NCBI GenBank assembly: GCA_964443725.1
Contig: CAYUDP010000002.1
Coordinates: forward strand, 1 to 59,116
From: an uncultured Candidatus Saccharibacteria bacterium
GTDB taxonomy: Bacteria > Patescibacteriota > Minisyncoccia > Phycocordibacterales > JAKFXT01
DNA: 59,116 nt
Direction: 5' to 3'
In this document: in pieces, positions 18,115 through 26,754 of the stretch
Position numbering within the stretch: the first letter of the stretch is position 1
How the letters are laid out: each line of letters opens with the position of its first letter
Translations under genes and position numbers: made by a program
Notes under the pieces: generated by a model
Seen by the model: the letters and a program-made list of their open reading frames with translations, nothing else
Told to the model about the DNA's origin: nothing
The model's database searches: none

Positions 18115-19806
18115 ATGAAAAGTTATCGTCTAAGGGGGACAAGTGATGAAGTTGGTGCTCTGGAGCTTAGTGTTTACCCAGATATTGTCCGAGACATGCT
18201 TATCTCTCGTGGTATTAAGACATTAAGTGAGGCGGAGAAATTTTTGAACCCATCATTTGAAAAAGATACTTTTGACCCATTCTTAATCCATGATATGGAT
18301 AGGGCGGTTTCTAGAATACTTGAAGCAATAGTATCAAATGAAAAAATCGCTATTTGGAGTGATTATGATCATGATGGGATACCTGGGGCGGTAATACTTT
18401 TTGATTTTTTTAAAAAGATTAATTTTCATAATTTCGTAAACTACATACCTCATAGATATCTTGAAGGGTATGGTTTAAACGTTAATGGTATTGATAAATT
18501 AAAAAGTGAGGGAGTTAAATTAATGATTACCGTTGATGTCGGGATAACTGATATTTTGCCGATAGATCATGCAAATGAACTCGGTATTGATGTTATTGTG
18601 ACGGATCATCATCTTCCTATTGATACTTTGCCAAAGGCTTATGCAATTTTGAATAGCAAAAAAGAAGGGGATACCTACCCTGACAAAATGCTCTGTGGTG
18701 CAGCGGTTTCGTATAAGTTGGTTAAAGGCCTTCTTGCTAGAGGGAATTTTGAAATAAAAGAAGGTTGGGATAAGTGGCTTCTCGATATGGTTGGTATATC
18801 GACAATTGCTGATATGGTTCCACTAAGAAATGAAAATAGAGTGCTTGCTTATTATGGAATAAAGGTATTAAAAAAATCTCCAAGGCCGGGACTATTATCT
18901 CTGTTCAGAAAAAATAAAATTAATCAAAGGTTTATCAATGAAGACGATATTGGTTTTACTGTTGCACCAAGAATAAATGCGGCCTCAAGGATGGGAGAGC
19001 CTATGCTTGCATTTGATTTGCTATCAAATCGACTTGGACCTGAAGTTGTTGATTCACTGTCTAGTGAACTTGATAAATTAAATAGTAGTAGAAAGGGTAT
19101 CGTTTCAAGTATGGTGAAAGAAAGCAAAAAGATTTTATCTTTAAAAGAAAGTATCCCCGAAGTTATAGTAATGGGTAATCCTCTTTGGAGGCCGGGACTT
19201 CTCGGGCTTGTGGCTAATAATTTAATGGAGGAGCATTCTAAACCAGTTTTCCTGTGGGGCAAAGAGGGTGGTGAAAATTTGAGGGGGTCATGTAGGTCAG
19301 ATGGAAGTGTAAATTTGGTAAAGCTAATGGCTGAAGTAAAAGAAGGGACTTTACTTGATTTTGGTGGACATGCTTTTTCAGGTGGGTTTGAAGTTTCATA
19401 CTCAGAAATTCATTTTCTTGAGGACAGGATTATTGAGGCTTACAACAAAGTTAGAAATGAAGGTGTAAGTGAAGATATTTTGGTCGACAGAATAATTTCT
19501 GTTGATGATGTGACCGAAGCTTTGTATAGGGATATAGAAAAATTTGCTCCATTTGGTATAGAAAATGAAAAGCCGATTTTTATGTTTCAAGACATTACTA
19601 TTTTTAAAATTAAAAAGTTTGGTAAAAACAGCGAGCACTTAGAGGTTGGTTTTGAAAAAAATAATGGGGGGATTTTGAAGGCCGTTGAGTTTTTTAGTGA
19701 TAGGGATATATCAGAGGGGGATAGAATAACTCTTGTGGCAAACATAGAAAAAAGTTATTTTGGTATGAAGCCGGAGCTAAGACTAAGAGTTATTGATATA
19801 ATTTAA
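18115..19806 (+). CDS. recJ: single-stranded-DNA-specific exonuclease RecJ
   Basis: DHH-family motifs DYDHDGI, TVDVGI and VTDHH, plus a DHHA1-like GGHAFSGG. Confidence 0.85.
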   Translation: MKSYRLRGTSDEVGALELSVYPDIVRDMLISRGIKTLSEAEKFLNPSFEKDTFDPFLIHDMDRAVSRILEAIVSNEKIAIWSDYDHDGIPGAVILFDFFKKINFHNFVNYIPHRYLEGYGLNVNGIDKLKSEGVKLMITVDVGITDILPIDHANELGIDVIVTDHHLPIDTLPKAYAILNSKKEGDTYPDKMLCGAAVSYKLVKGLLARGNFEIKEGWDKWLLDMVGISTIADMVPLRNENRVLAYYGIKVLKKSPRPGLLSLFRKNKINQRFINEDDIGFTVAPRINAASRMGEPMLAFDLLSNRLGPEVVDSLSSELDKLNSSRKGIVSSMVKESKKILSLKESIPEVIVMGNPLWRPGLLGLVANNLMEEHSKPVFLWGKEGGENLRGSCRSDGSVNLVKLMAEVKEGTLLDFGGHAFSGGFEVSYSEIHFLEDRIIEAYNKVRNEGVSEDILVDRIISVDDVTEALYRDIEKFAPFGIENEKPIFMFQDITIFKIKKFGKNSEHLEVGFEKNNGGILKAVEFFSDRDISEGDRITLVANIEKSYFGMKPELRLRVIDII

Positions 19807-19808
19807 AA

Positions 19809-20486
19809 ATGGATAAAGAAAAAGACAAAGTTATTTATTGTGATGGTAGTTCTATTGGAAACCCTGGTCCTGGAGCATGGGGAGGGCTTGTTGTTTGTGA
19901 TGAAAAAGTATTTGAAATCGGAGGTAGTGATGAACATACAACTAACAATAAAATGGAGATAAGGGCTTCCATAGAGTCATTGAAAAAAATAGTGTCACTT
20001 GGTGCAAAAGAAGTGGATGTTTTCACCGATTCAGAATATTTGGTAAACGGTATAACAAAATGGGTTAATGGTTGGCAAAAAAATGGTTGGATAACATCGA
20101 CTAAAAGCGAAGTCTTAAATAGGGACCTCTGGGAAGAACTACTTTCTATTTCACAAGATATAAAAATAAATTGGAACCATATAAGAGGCCATCGAGGTCA
20201 TCTATATAATGAAAGAGTGGATGAAATAGCAAATGGTTTAGCAAGGGGGGAGAAGATAGAATTTTTTTCTGGTTTAAGAAAAAATTATTCACCCATACTT
20301 AGTGAAAAGAAACCAATCGGGGGAAAGGCTTTTGGTTATGTTAGTTTGGTAAACGGTGTAGTTATGTTTCATAAGAACTGGGCGTCGTGTAAGAATACGG
20401 TTAACGGTGCTGTGGGGGCAAAATTCCGAAAAGTAAAAGATATGGGTGATGCAGATCGTCTCATGAAAGAATGGTTGAACAATTAG
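19809..20486 (+). CDS. rnhA: ribonuclease HI fused to a C-terminal hybrid-binding (HBD/viroplasmin-like) domain
   Basis: Catalytic residues in CDGSSIGNPGPGAWG, TNNKMEIRA, TDSEY and HRGHLYNERVDEIA. The C-terminal FGYVSLVNGVVMFHKNWASCKNTVNGAVGAKFRKV resembles the RNase H1 HBD. Confidence 0.85.
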   Translation: MDKEKDKVIYCDGSSIGNPGPGAWGGLVVCDEKVFEIGGSDEHTTNNKMEIRASIESLKKIVSLGAKEVDVFTDSEYLVNGITKWVNGWQKNGWITSTKSEVLNRDLWEELLSISQDIKINWNHIRGHRGHLYNERVDEIANGLARGEKIEFFSGLRKNYSPILSEKKPIGGKAFGYVSLVNGVVMFHKNWASCKNTVNGAVGAKFRKVKDMGDADRLMKEWLNN

Positions 20487-21949
20487 AAAAAAAAGAAAAT
20501 CAGATAAAAGAAAGCGCGAGTGTGTTTTATAACCTCGCGCTTTCTTTTATTTTTGGAGTTTTCATCGGGACTTTCGTTGAAGTTGATGTCTATTTATTAC
20601 TAGCAGTTTGTCTTTCAATAGTTTGTTCATTCTTAGTATCTCTTTTTATTTTTAAAAGAAATAATATACATTTGTGTCTTTCTATCATTTTGTTTCTGTC
20701 TGGTATTTTACGAGTGAGTGGGTTTCATGAATTGCCTATTAGGGTTCCTCTTGATAAAAAAGTTTCTCTTCAAGCGCAAATTATTGATGAACCAGATTTT
20801 AGAGAAAACAGGACTCTTATAAAAATCAAAGTATTGGACGAAAAAAAATCTGATGTAATTTTAGTCACCCTCCCCCCTAATGAAAGATATCTGTATGGAG
20901 ATGTTGTTTCGGTGTTAGGTACAGTTAAACTGCCACAGGCTTTTGAAACTTACAAAGATCATTATTTCCCATACAGAGAATATCTCATGAAAGATGGTAT
21001 ATGTTGCGTTTCATATTATCCAAAAATAAATCTTGTAAGTAGAGGGGGTGGAAATATTGTGATGAAAAAACTGCTTGATCTAAAAGGGAGTTTCATCAAC
21101 TCTCTTGGTGTCTCTATTGTTGAGCCGGAGTCCACGCTCGCCTCAGGACTTCTTTTGGGGGCGAAGAATTCTTTGCCGAAAAGTGTTTCTGATGATTTAA
21201 GAAATGCTGGAATAATTCATATTGTCGTTTTGTCTGGGTATAACATAACAATCGTTGCTGATTCTCTGATGAAAGTCCTTGGCTTTTTGCCGAGAATTAT
21301 AAGTTTTTCCTTTGGAATAATATCAGTTTTGCTTTTTGCTCTGATGACAGGAGCCTCTGCGACTGTAGTTAGAGCAAGTATTATGTCTCTGGTATTGATA
21401 CTCGCGAGATTTTCTAATCGTGATTATCTAGCGATGAGAGCTCTTGTACTTGCAGGGTTTGTCATGGTGGTTCACAATCCATCTATTCTTGTATTCGATT
21501 TTTCTTTTCAATTATCTTTTCTGGCTTCGATTGGGCTCGTTCTCTTATCAGGCAGATTTTCGAGTCATTTAAAATTTGTGACAAATAGATTTTCTATAAG
21601 GGAGATAGTTTCTAGTACTCTATCAACACAGGTCTTTGTATTACCATTTCTTATTTATTCAACTGGCAAACTTTCGCTCTGGGGTTTTTTGTCCAATGTG
21701 TTGGTTTTGCCAATAATACCTCTTACGATGTTTTTAAGTTTGATCTCTGGTCTTGTGGGGTATGTCGGTGGGATCTTTTCATACATTATCGGAGGTGTAG
21801 CTTATTTGTTTTTAAAATATATTTTTGTTATTGCTAGTTTTTTTGGAAATTTGGATTTTGGAATTTTTGATATTACCAATATATCATTCAAAACTCTCGT
21901 TATATTTTATTTGATTTTGTTGTTTTTCATTTTCTTTAAAAGAAAATGA
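20471..21949 (+). CDS. comEC: ComEC/Rec2 DNA-uptake channel (membrane domains only)
   Basis: Polytopic 492-aa protein with an OB/DUF4131-like region and the competence domain (GIIHIVVLSGYNITIV, TGASATVVRASIMS). It has no MBL domain. Confidence 0.8.
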   Translation: MVEQLEKKENQIKESASVFYNLALSFIFGVFIGTFVEVDVYLLLAVCLSIVCSFLVSLFIFKRNNIHLCLSIILFLSGILRVSGFHELPIRVPLDKKVSLQAQIIDEPDFRENRTLIKIKVLDEKKSDVILVTLPPNERYLYGDVVSVLGTVKLPQAFETYKDHYFPYREYLMKDGICCVSYYPKINLVSRGGGNIVMKKLLDLKGSFINSLGVSIVEPESTLASGLLLGAKNSLPKSVSDDLRNAGIIHIVVLSGYNITIVADSLMKVLGFLPRIISFSFGIISVLLFALMTGASATVVRASIMSLVLILARFSNRDYLAMRALVLAGFVMVVHNPSILVFDFSFQLSFLASIGLVLLSGRFSSHLKFVTNRFSIREIVSSTLSTQVFVLPFLIYSTGKLSLWGFLSNVLVLPIIPLTMFLSLISGLVGYVGGIFSYIIGGVAYLFLKYIFVIASFFGNLDFGIFDITNISFKTLVIFYLILLFFIFFKRK

Positions 21950-22140
21950 AAAAGCCGGCTACTTCGCCGGCTTTCCACCCCCTTTGCCTAAGGGTGGGAA
22001 AAGAGGTGGTTCACCAAGCTTGTCGCTAAAGACAGAAAGAAAAGACATCCTGGCCACTTGCCTTTGCTGTCTTTTGGTGGGTTCTCTTGCGGGCTTTTCT
22101 TCGACAACCATCGGTTTTTTGCCTTTCATTTTTGGTTCCT

Positions 22141-22362
22141 TTACTTTGGGTTTCTGTTGATCGGTGTAACGTTTTTGGGTAGGTCTGACTCTACGCCAGT
22201 TTTCTTGAAGTATGTCGGGGTATCGCGGAAGACGTTTTGAAGAGCGATTTGCATTGCCAGCTGATTGAGATGCTTGGGTAATACAGGCTTGGGTTCTTCG
22301 ATGCCACTTGGTAGACGTACGATTGTGTATCGTTTGCGCCTGAATTTAAGAACTTTGCCCAT
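22141..22362 (-). CDS. orphan 73-aa basic protein in a GC-richer mini-island
   Basis: ATG at 22362 is preceded by TAAGGAGCC, the same context as the 6627 start. No family recognised. Confidence 0.35.
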   Translation of the reverse strand: MGKVLKFRRKRYTIVRLPSGIEEPKPVLPKHLNQLAMQIALQNVFRDTPTYFKKTGVESDLPKNVTPINRNPK

Positions 22363-22407
22363 CTCGGGCTCCTTAGAAGTTTACTAGATTAATATTCTCA
22401 TATATTT

Positions 22408-22438
22408 AAAATCCTCGCCAATCTATTGCGAGGATTTT
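22408..22438. terminator. bidirectional hairpin downstream of the SOD gene
   Basis: AAAATCCTCGC (22408-22418) pairs with GCGAGGATTTT (22428-22438), followed by a T-run. Confidence 0.65.
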
Positions 22439-22447
22439 TTTTGGTTC

Positions 22448-23044
22448 TTATATTTTGTTGAACCTATCTTCTGTAACTTGCCAATTTATGTTGTTCAAGA
22501 ATGCATCGACGTATTTTATTTTTTCTGCTGGTATATAATCGGCCATGAAGGCGTGTTCCCACATATCAAGCGCGAGTATTATAGGCAGTCCGGCCAATTG
22601 TCCTAGCTCGTGATCAGACACCCAATATATGTGTGGGGTTTTCCCAATCGGATCGTATGCTAAAATTGTCCACCCGATGCCTCTGGAAAGACTAACTGCT
22701 TTGAAGTGTTTTATAAAACCTTCTATACTTTCGTATTTTTCAATCAATACTTTTGCCAAGTTGCTATCTTGATTTAATTCAATATTTCCGTTTTCGAATT
22801 GCTCAAAATAATATTCGTGCATTCTCATCCCGTTGAACTCAAAACCAAACCTTCTTAGTGTTTCTGTAATGGCGTAGCTATTTTTTTCACTATCTTTTCT
22901 TAGTTCCTCAAGTTGTTCTCGGAGTGTGTTGGTGAATTTCACATATCCTTCGTAGAGCTTGAGATGGAGATCTATTTGCTTTTGGGAAATACCCTTTAAT
23001 TCACCTATGGTGAATTGTTTTGCTGAATAAGTATGTTTGTACAT
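22448..23044 (-). CDS. sodA: Fe/Mn-family superoxide dismutase
   Basis: The C-terminal metal-binding motif DMWEHAFMADY and the overall SOD_Fe N- and C-domain layout. Confidence 0.9.
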   Translation of the reverse strand: MYKHTYSAKQFTIGELKGISQKQIDLHLKLYEGYVKFTNTLREQLEELRKDSEKNSYAITETLRRFGFEFNGMRMHEYYFEQFENGNIELNQDSNLAKVLIEKYESIEGFIKHFKAVSLSRGIGWTILAYDPIGKTPHIYWVSDHELGQLAGLPIILALDMWEHAFMADYIPAEKIKYVDAFLNNINWQVTEDRFNKI

Positions 23045-23125
23045 ATATTTTTATTGATTAGTTGTTTTATATTAGCATTTTAACCAATAAAGAAAATTGT
23101 ACAGAAAATAGTATAATTTTCATCA

Positions 23126-23998
23126 ATGAATAGGAATAGGATTTTGAGGAGATATCTACCAATATTACTTGTTTTGGTTCTTACTGTTTTGGATGGGTTA
23201 ATTTTTAGAGAAGTATATTTATCTAAAGAGGCTAAGTCCTTAAAGGTATATTTCCTAGATGTTGGCCAAGGAGATTCTATATTAATAGTGAGCCCAAGTG
23301 GGAATACTATGCTTATAGATGGGGGGCCACCGACGGGTGCTTCTTTAAGAGAAGTTGGGAAAATATTGCCTATGTTGGACAGGACTCTTGGTGTGGTTTT
23401 GGCTACACACCCAGATTCAGATCATATAGGTGGATTATCACAGGTTCTCTCAAGGTATGACACAGATTTTTATATTGAGTCTGGCAATAAATCAGACACT
23501 TCTGCATTTAGGAGTTTAGAAGATGAACTCAATAAAGAGCCAAATGTAAAAAGGGTTATTGCAAGACGTGGACAGATAGTTGATTTTGGGGATGGGGTAG
23601 AGCTAAAGATCATTTATCCAGATAGAGATGTCTCTAACGATAAGAGCAACGACGCTTCTATAGTTGCAAAACTAGAATTTGGTACAGACAGCTTTCTTTT
23701 TACTGGAGATTCTCCTGTGAATATTGAAAAGTATCTAGTCTCAGTTTATGGTGGCAAGCTTAAAAGTGATGTCTTGAAAGCTGGACATCATGGATCAAGA
23801 ACTTCTTCAAGTGAGGTTTATGTTAAAGAAGTTTCACCGTCTTATGTAGTTATTTCTTCTGGGAGAGGGAACAGATACGGTCATCCACATAATGAGGTGA
23901 TAGATTTATTTGATAAATTGGGGGTAAAAATATTGAGAACGGATACTCTAGGGATTATTGAGATTGATAGTGAAGGTAAGGGTGTTGCTATTAAATAG
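23126..23998 (+). CDS. membrane-anchored metallo-beta-lactamase domain protein (ComEC C-terminal nuclease-like)
   Basis: N-terminal TM segment, then VYFLDVGQGDSILI, ATHPDSDHIGG and KAGHHGSRTSS. This is the MBL module normally fused to ComEC. Confidence 0.8.
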   Translation: MNRNRILRRYLPILLVLVLTVLDGLIFREVYLSKEAKSLKVYFLDVGQGDSILIVSPSGNTMLIDGGPPTGASLREVGKILPMLDRTLGVVLATHPDSDHIGGLSQVLSRYDTDFYIESGNKSDTSAFRSLEDELNKEPNVKRVIARRGQIVDFGDGVELKIIYPDRDVSNDKSNDASIVAKLEFGTDSFLFTGDSPVNIEKYLVSVYGGKLKSDVLKAGHHGSRTSSSEVYVKEVSPSYVVISSGRGNRYGHPHNEVIDLFDKLGVKILRTDTLGIIEIDSEGKGVAIK

Positions 23999-24075
23999 TT
24001 TCGTTTGTGGAAAACCCACTTTCTCCGCCCCCCCCTATGCTAAAATAAATCCATAACTTAATAACTAACGCCAAT

Positions 24076-24996
24076 ATGCAAAAAACCACCATCTATCTCA
24101 AAGCAATCCTCCTTGCAATAGTTCTAGTACTAGGAAGTGCTTATGTATCAGCTTGGACGGCTCCAGTAAGTGATCCGCCAGGGGGGTTTGTTGATTTATC
24201 AGTTAATGTCTCTAATAATACTCAACTTAAAACTGGAACGTTTGGGGCTGGAAGTCTTATTTCAGCAACAAGTATCACTGTAGGAGGTCTAAAGAATTGC
24301 GCAGCCATATCAACTGATAAAGATGGTAATTTCTCTTGCACTACTGTAGCAAAGACTGCCACAACAAAAGAATGGACTACCCCAGGAACATATACATTCA
24401 CTGTGCCAGCTGGGGTGACTACTATAGATTTAGTGACTGTTGGCGGTGGTGGGTCGGGTGGTTCAGGTGAATCGGTGTCTGGTCCTGGAATAGGAGATCA
24501 TTATTCTGGAGGTGGTGGAGGCGGTGGAGACATAGAGACATATACACTCCCCGTTGCTCCTGGGGATGCTGTGACTGTAAAGGTTGGAGCATCTGGGCAG
24601 ATTTCAAATATTATATACAAATCAACTACTTATGCTCTAGCAAGGGGTGGATCTAATGGTACCAATGGTTCAGCTGGGTCACCAATGGTTTGTACTGAAA
24701 CAGACCCTACTTGGGGATTTTGTACAGGATGGAGCGGTGGAGTTCCGGCTACCAATGGGGTAGGTGGTGCCGGTGGTACCGGAACGAACCCAGGAAGTAA
24801 GGGTGGAAACGCTGGTACTGGTGGTCATGATATGTCTCCGCTTGCTGGAAAAGGTGGTGATATAAAACCCCCTGCAACCTTGACTGATTTGCCGGCAGGA
24901 TATGGTACTGGCGGAGATGGTGGTAGTGGTGTTGGTGGTGCTGGAATACATAGTGGAGCAAGTGGAAAAACTGGCTATGTAAGATTTTCTTATTAA
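24076..24996 (+). CDS. secreted protein with a glycine-rich domain
   Basis: Signal peptide ...LGSAYVSAW|TAP, then WTTPGTYTFTVPAGVTTIDLVTVGGGGSGG followed by long Gly-rich tracts. Confidence 0.65.
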   Translation: MQKTTIYLKAILLAIVLVLGSAYVSAWTAPVSDPPGGFVDLSVNVSNNTQLKTGTFGAGSLISATSITVGGLKNCAAISTDKDGNFSCTTVAKTATTKEWTTPGTYTFTVPAGVTTIDLVTVGGGGSGGSGESVSGPGIGDHYSGGGGGGGDIETYTLPVAPGDAVTVKVGASGQISNIIYKSTTYALARGGSNGTNGSAGSPMVCTETDPTWGFCTGWSGGVPATNGVGGAGGTGTNPGSKGGNAGTGGHDMSPLAGKGGDIKPPATLTDLPAGYGTGGDGGSGVGGAGIHSGASGKTGYVRFSY

Positions 24997-24998
24997 AT

Positions 24999-25268
24999 AT
25001 GGACCTAATAAAAGATTACATAAAAATAATTATACTTGCTGCTGGATTGGTCTTGGGAAGTGCTTATGTTTCCGCTTGGTCAGCACCGAATAGTGTAGCA
25101 CCCATGGCATCTGTCACCCTTCCAGTTAATCTATCTAATAATATGCAGATTAAACCTGGTACTTTTGGTGCCGGGTCATTATTGTCCGCAACAGCTCTTA
25201 CTTCAGGGGAATTGAAGAATTGTGCAAATGTTGGAACTGATGATAAAGGTAAATTTGTCTGTAAATAA
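24999..25268 (+). CDS. secreted 89-aa paralog of the N-terminal module of the upstream gene
   Basis: LVLGSAYVSAWSAP...VNLSNNMQIKPGTFGAGSLLSAT...LKNCANVGTDDKGKFVC aligns position by position with residues 1-90 of 24076..24996. Confidence 0.55.
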   Translation: MDLIKDYIKIIILAAGLVLGSAYVSAWSAPNSVAPMASVTLPVNLSNNMQIKPGTFGAGSLLSATALTSGELKNCANVGTDDKGKFVCK

Positions 25269-25270
25269 AA

Positions 25271-25320
25271 TATAAAAACAAAAAACCTGCCTAATCTTGG
25301 GCAGGTTTTTTGTTTTTATA
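25271..25320. terminator. long bidirectional hairpin
   Basis: TATAAAAACAAAAAACCTGCC pairs with GGCAGGTTTTTTGTTTTTATA. It is shared by convergent genes and overlaps the rpmB stop. Confidence 0.7.
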
Positions 25321-25558
25321 TTAACCCGGCTTTTTTTAAGGTTTTGAATGCGCCGTTTTTATTTATTGTCTTTATAGCTTGAGTCGAGATTGTGAGGGTG
25401 AAGGTTTTGTTTAATTCTGGGACGAAAATTCTCTTTTTCTGTAAGTTGGGTTGACGTCTTAGCTTTCCTCCAGGGTTAAACTGAGTGGCACGTATTCTAT
25501 TTGAATACCTACCTCCAACAATCGATCCTTTTCCTGTTATTTCACAAATTTTTGCCAT
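25316..25558 (-). CDS. rpmB: 50S ribosomal protein L28
   Basis: MAKICEITGKGSIVGGRYSNRIRATQ... is a typical L28 sequence. Confidence 0.9.
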   Translation of the reverse strand: MAKICEITGKGSIVGGRYSNRIRATQFNPGGKLRRQPNLQKKRIFVPELNKTFTLTISTQAIKTINKNGAFKTLKKAGLI

Positions 25559-25629
25559 AGTTTCTCAACAAAAAACGGCCAATGGGGCTGTTTTTAGAAG
25601 TCTCATTATGCTAGCATAATTTTATCTAT

Positions 25630-26259
25630 ATGCAAGACCCAATTTCAGCCATACTATATATTATTGTTTTGATTTTTTCTGTAATTATCCATGAGCTAGC
25701 CCATGGATATATGGCAGATTATTTTGGTGACCCAACCGCGAGGCTTGAGGGGAGACTTACTTTAAACCCCATAAATCATATAGACCCCTTTGGATCAATA
25801 ATTCTACCCCTTCTTACTTATATGTCGGGCGGGTTTGTTATTGGTTGGGCAAAACCAGTCCCCTATAACCCTTACAATCTCTCTGGTAGAAAGGCTGAAA
25901 TAGCCGTTGCTTCAGCGGGAGTATTGGCAAATATTGGATTGGCAGTGGTTTTCTCTATAATTATGAGGTTTTCAGTTGGGGTTTTACCACCATCTTTTCT
26001 CCTTGCATCTACCATGATAGTAATGACTAATATAATGCTTTTTGTGTTTAATTTACTACCAATCCCCCCACTTGATGGTTCTAGGATATTGGCTGGGCTA
26101 CTTTCATACAAATATATGAGGATAATTGATGGGTTACAAAATTGGGGTTTTTTGTTGCTTATTGGATTAGTTGTGTTTTTTGGCAACTATTTGTCATATC
26201 TTTTTTCCATTGTCTTTTCTATTTTTGTGGGTCCAGGTGTCTTATCGGCCTTGCATTAA
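25630..26259 (+). CDS. site-2 protease family (peptidase M50) membrane metalloprotease
   Basis: HELAHG zinc motif and NLLPIPPLDGSRI motif in a polytopic protein. Confidence 0.85.
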   Translation: MQDPISAILYIIVLIFSVIIHELAHGYMADYFGDPTARLEGRLTLNPINHIDPFGSIILPLLTYMSGGFVIGWAKPVPYNPYNLSGRKAEIAVASAGVLANIGLAVVFSIIMRFSVGVLPPSFLLASTMIVMTNIMLFVFNLLPIPPLDGSRILAGLLSYKYMRIIDGLQNWGFLLLIGLVVFFGNYLSYLFSIVFSIFVGPGVLSALH

Positions 26260-26323
26260 TTTGTAAATTATAGTACTCTAACTTCCCAAGCGTTGAACGC
26301 TTATTTTGTTTGAATAAATACAA

Positions 26324-26749
26324 ATGTCGACAATAAATCAACTAGTCAGAAAGCAAAGAAAAATGCCAACGCGCAAGAGTAAAACAACTGCTCTAACGCG
26401 CGGTTTTAATATTATCAAGAACAAACCAATGTTCTATGATTCGCCTTTTAAGCGTGGTGTTTGTACTAAGGTGACAACCAAAACTCCTAAGAAACCAAAC
26501 TCAGCTATAAGAAAGATTGCCCGTGTTCGTCTTACAAATGGCATGGAAATAACGGCTTATATTCCCGGAGAGGGGCATAACTTACAAGAACACTCTGTCG
26601 TTCTTGTTCGCGGAGGTCGTGTTAAGGATGTTGGGTTGAGATACACTATTGTAAGAGGAGTGCTTGATACAAACGGACTAGAAAAAAGAAGAGTTTCAAG
26701 AAGTCGATATGGTGGCAAGAAGCCGAAGGAAGGACAAGCTAAGAAATAA
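26324..26749 (+). CDS. rpsL: 30S ribosomal protein S12
   Basis: [18 protein letters not shown] and RGGRVKD motifs. Confidence 0.95.
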   Translation: MSTINQLVRKQRKMPTRKSKTTALTRGFNIIKNKPMFYDSPFKRGVCTKVTTKTPKKPNSAIRKIARVRLTNGMEITAYIPGEGHNLQEHSVVLVRGGRVKDVGLRYTIVRGVLDTNGLEKRRVSRSRYGGKKPKEGQAKK

Positions 26750-26754
26750 AAACC

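Noticed and set aside
22058-22240. A plus-strand 60-aa ORF in cassette 2
   Set aside because: It has a TTG start with no SD, overlaps the better-supported minus-strand ORFs, and its product is Phe/Gly-rich low complexity.
24422-24961. Minus-strand ORFs (24422..24607, 24679..24951, 24749..24961) inside the glycine-rich gene
   Set aside because: They lie antisense to GGN-repeat coding sequence, giving Pro/Thr/His-rich shadows.
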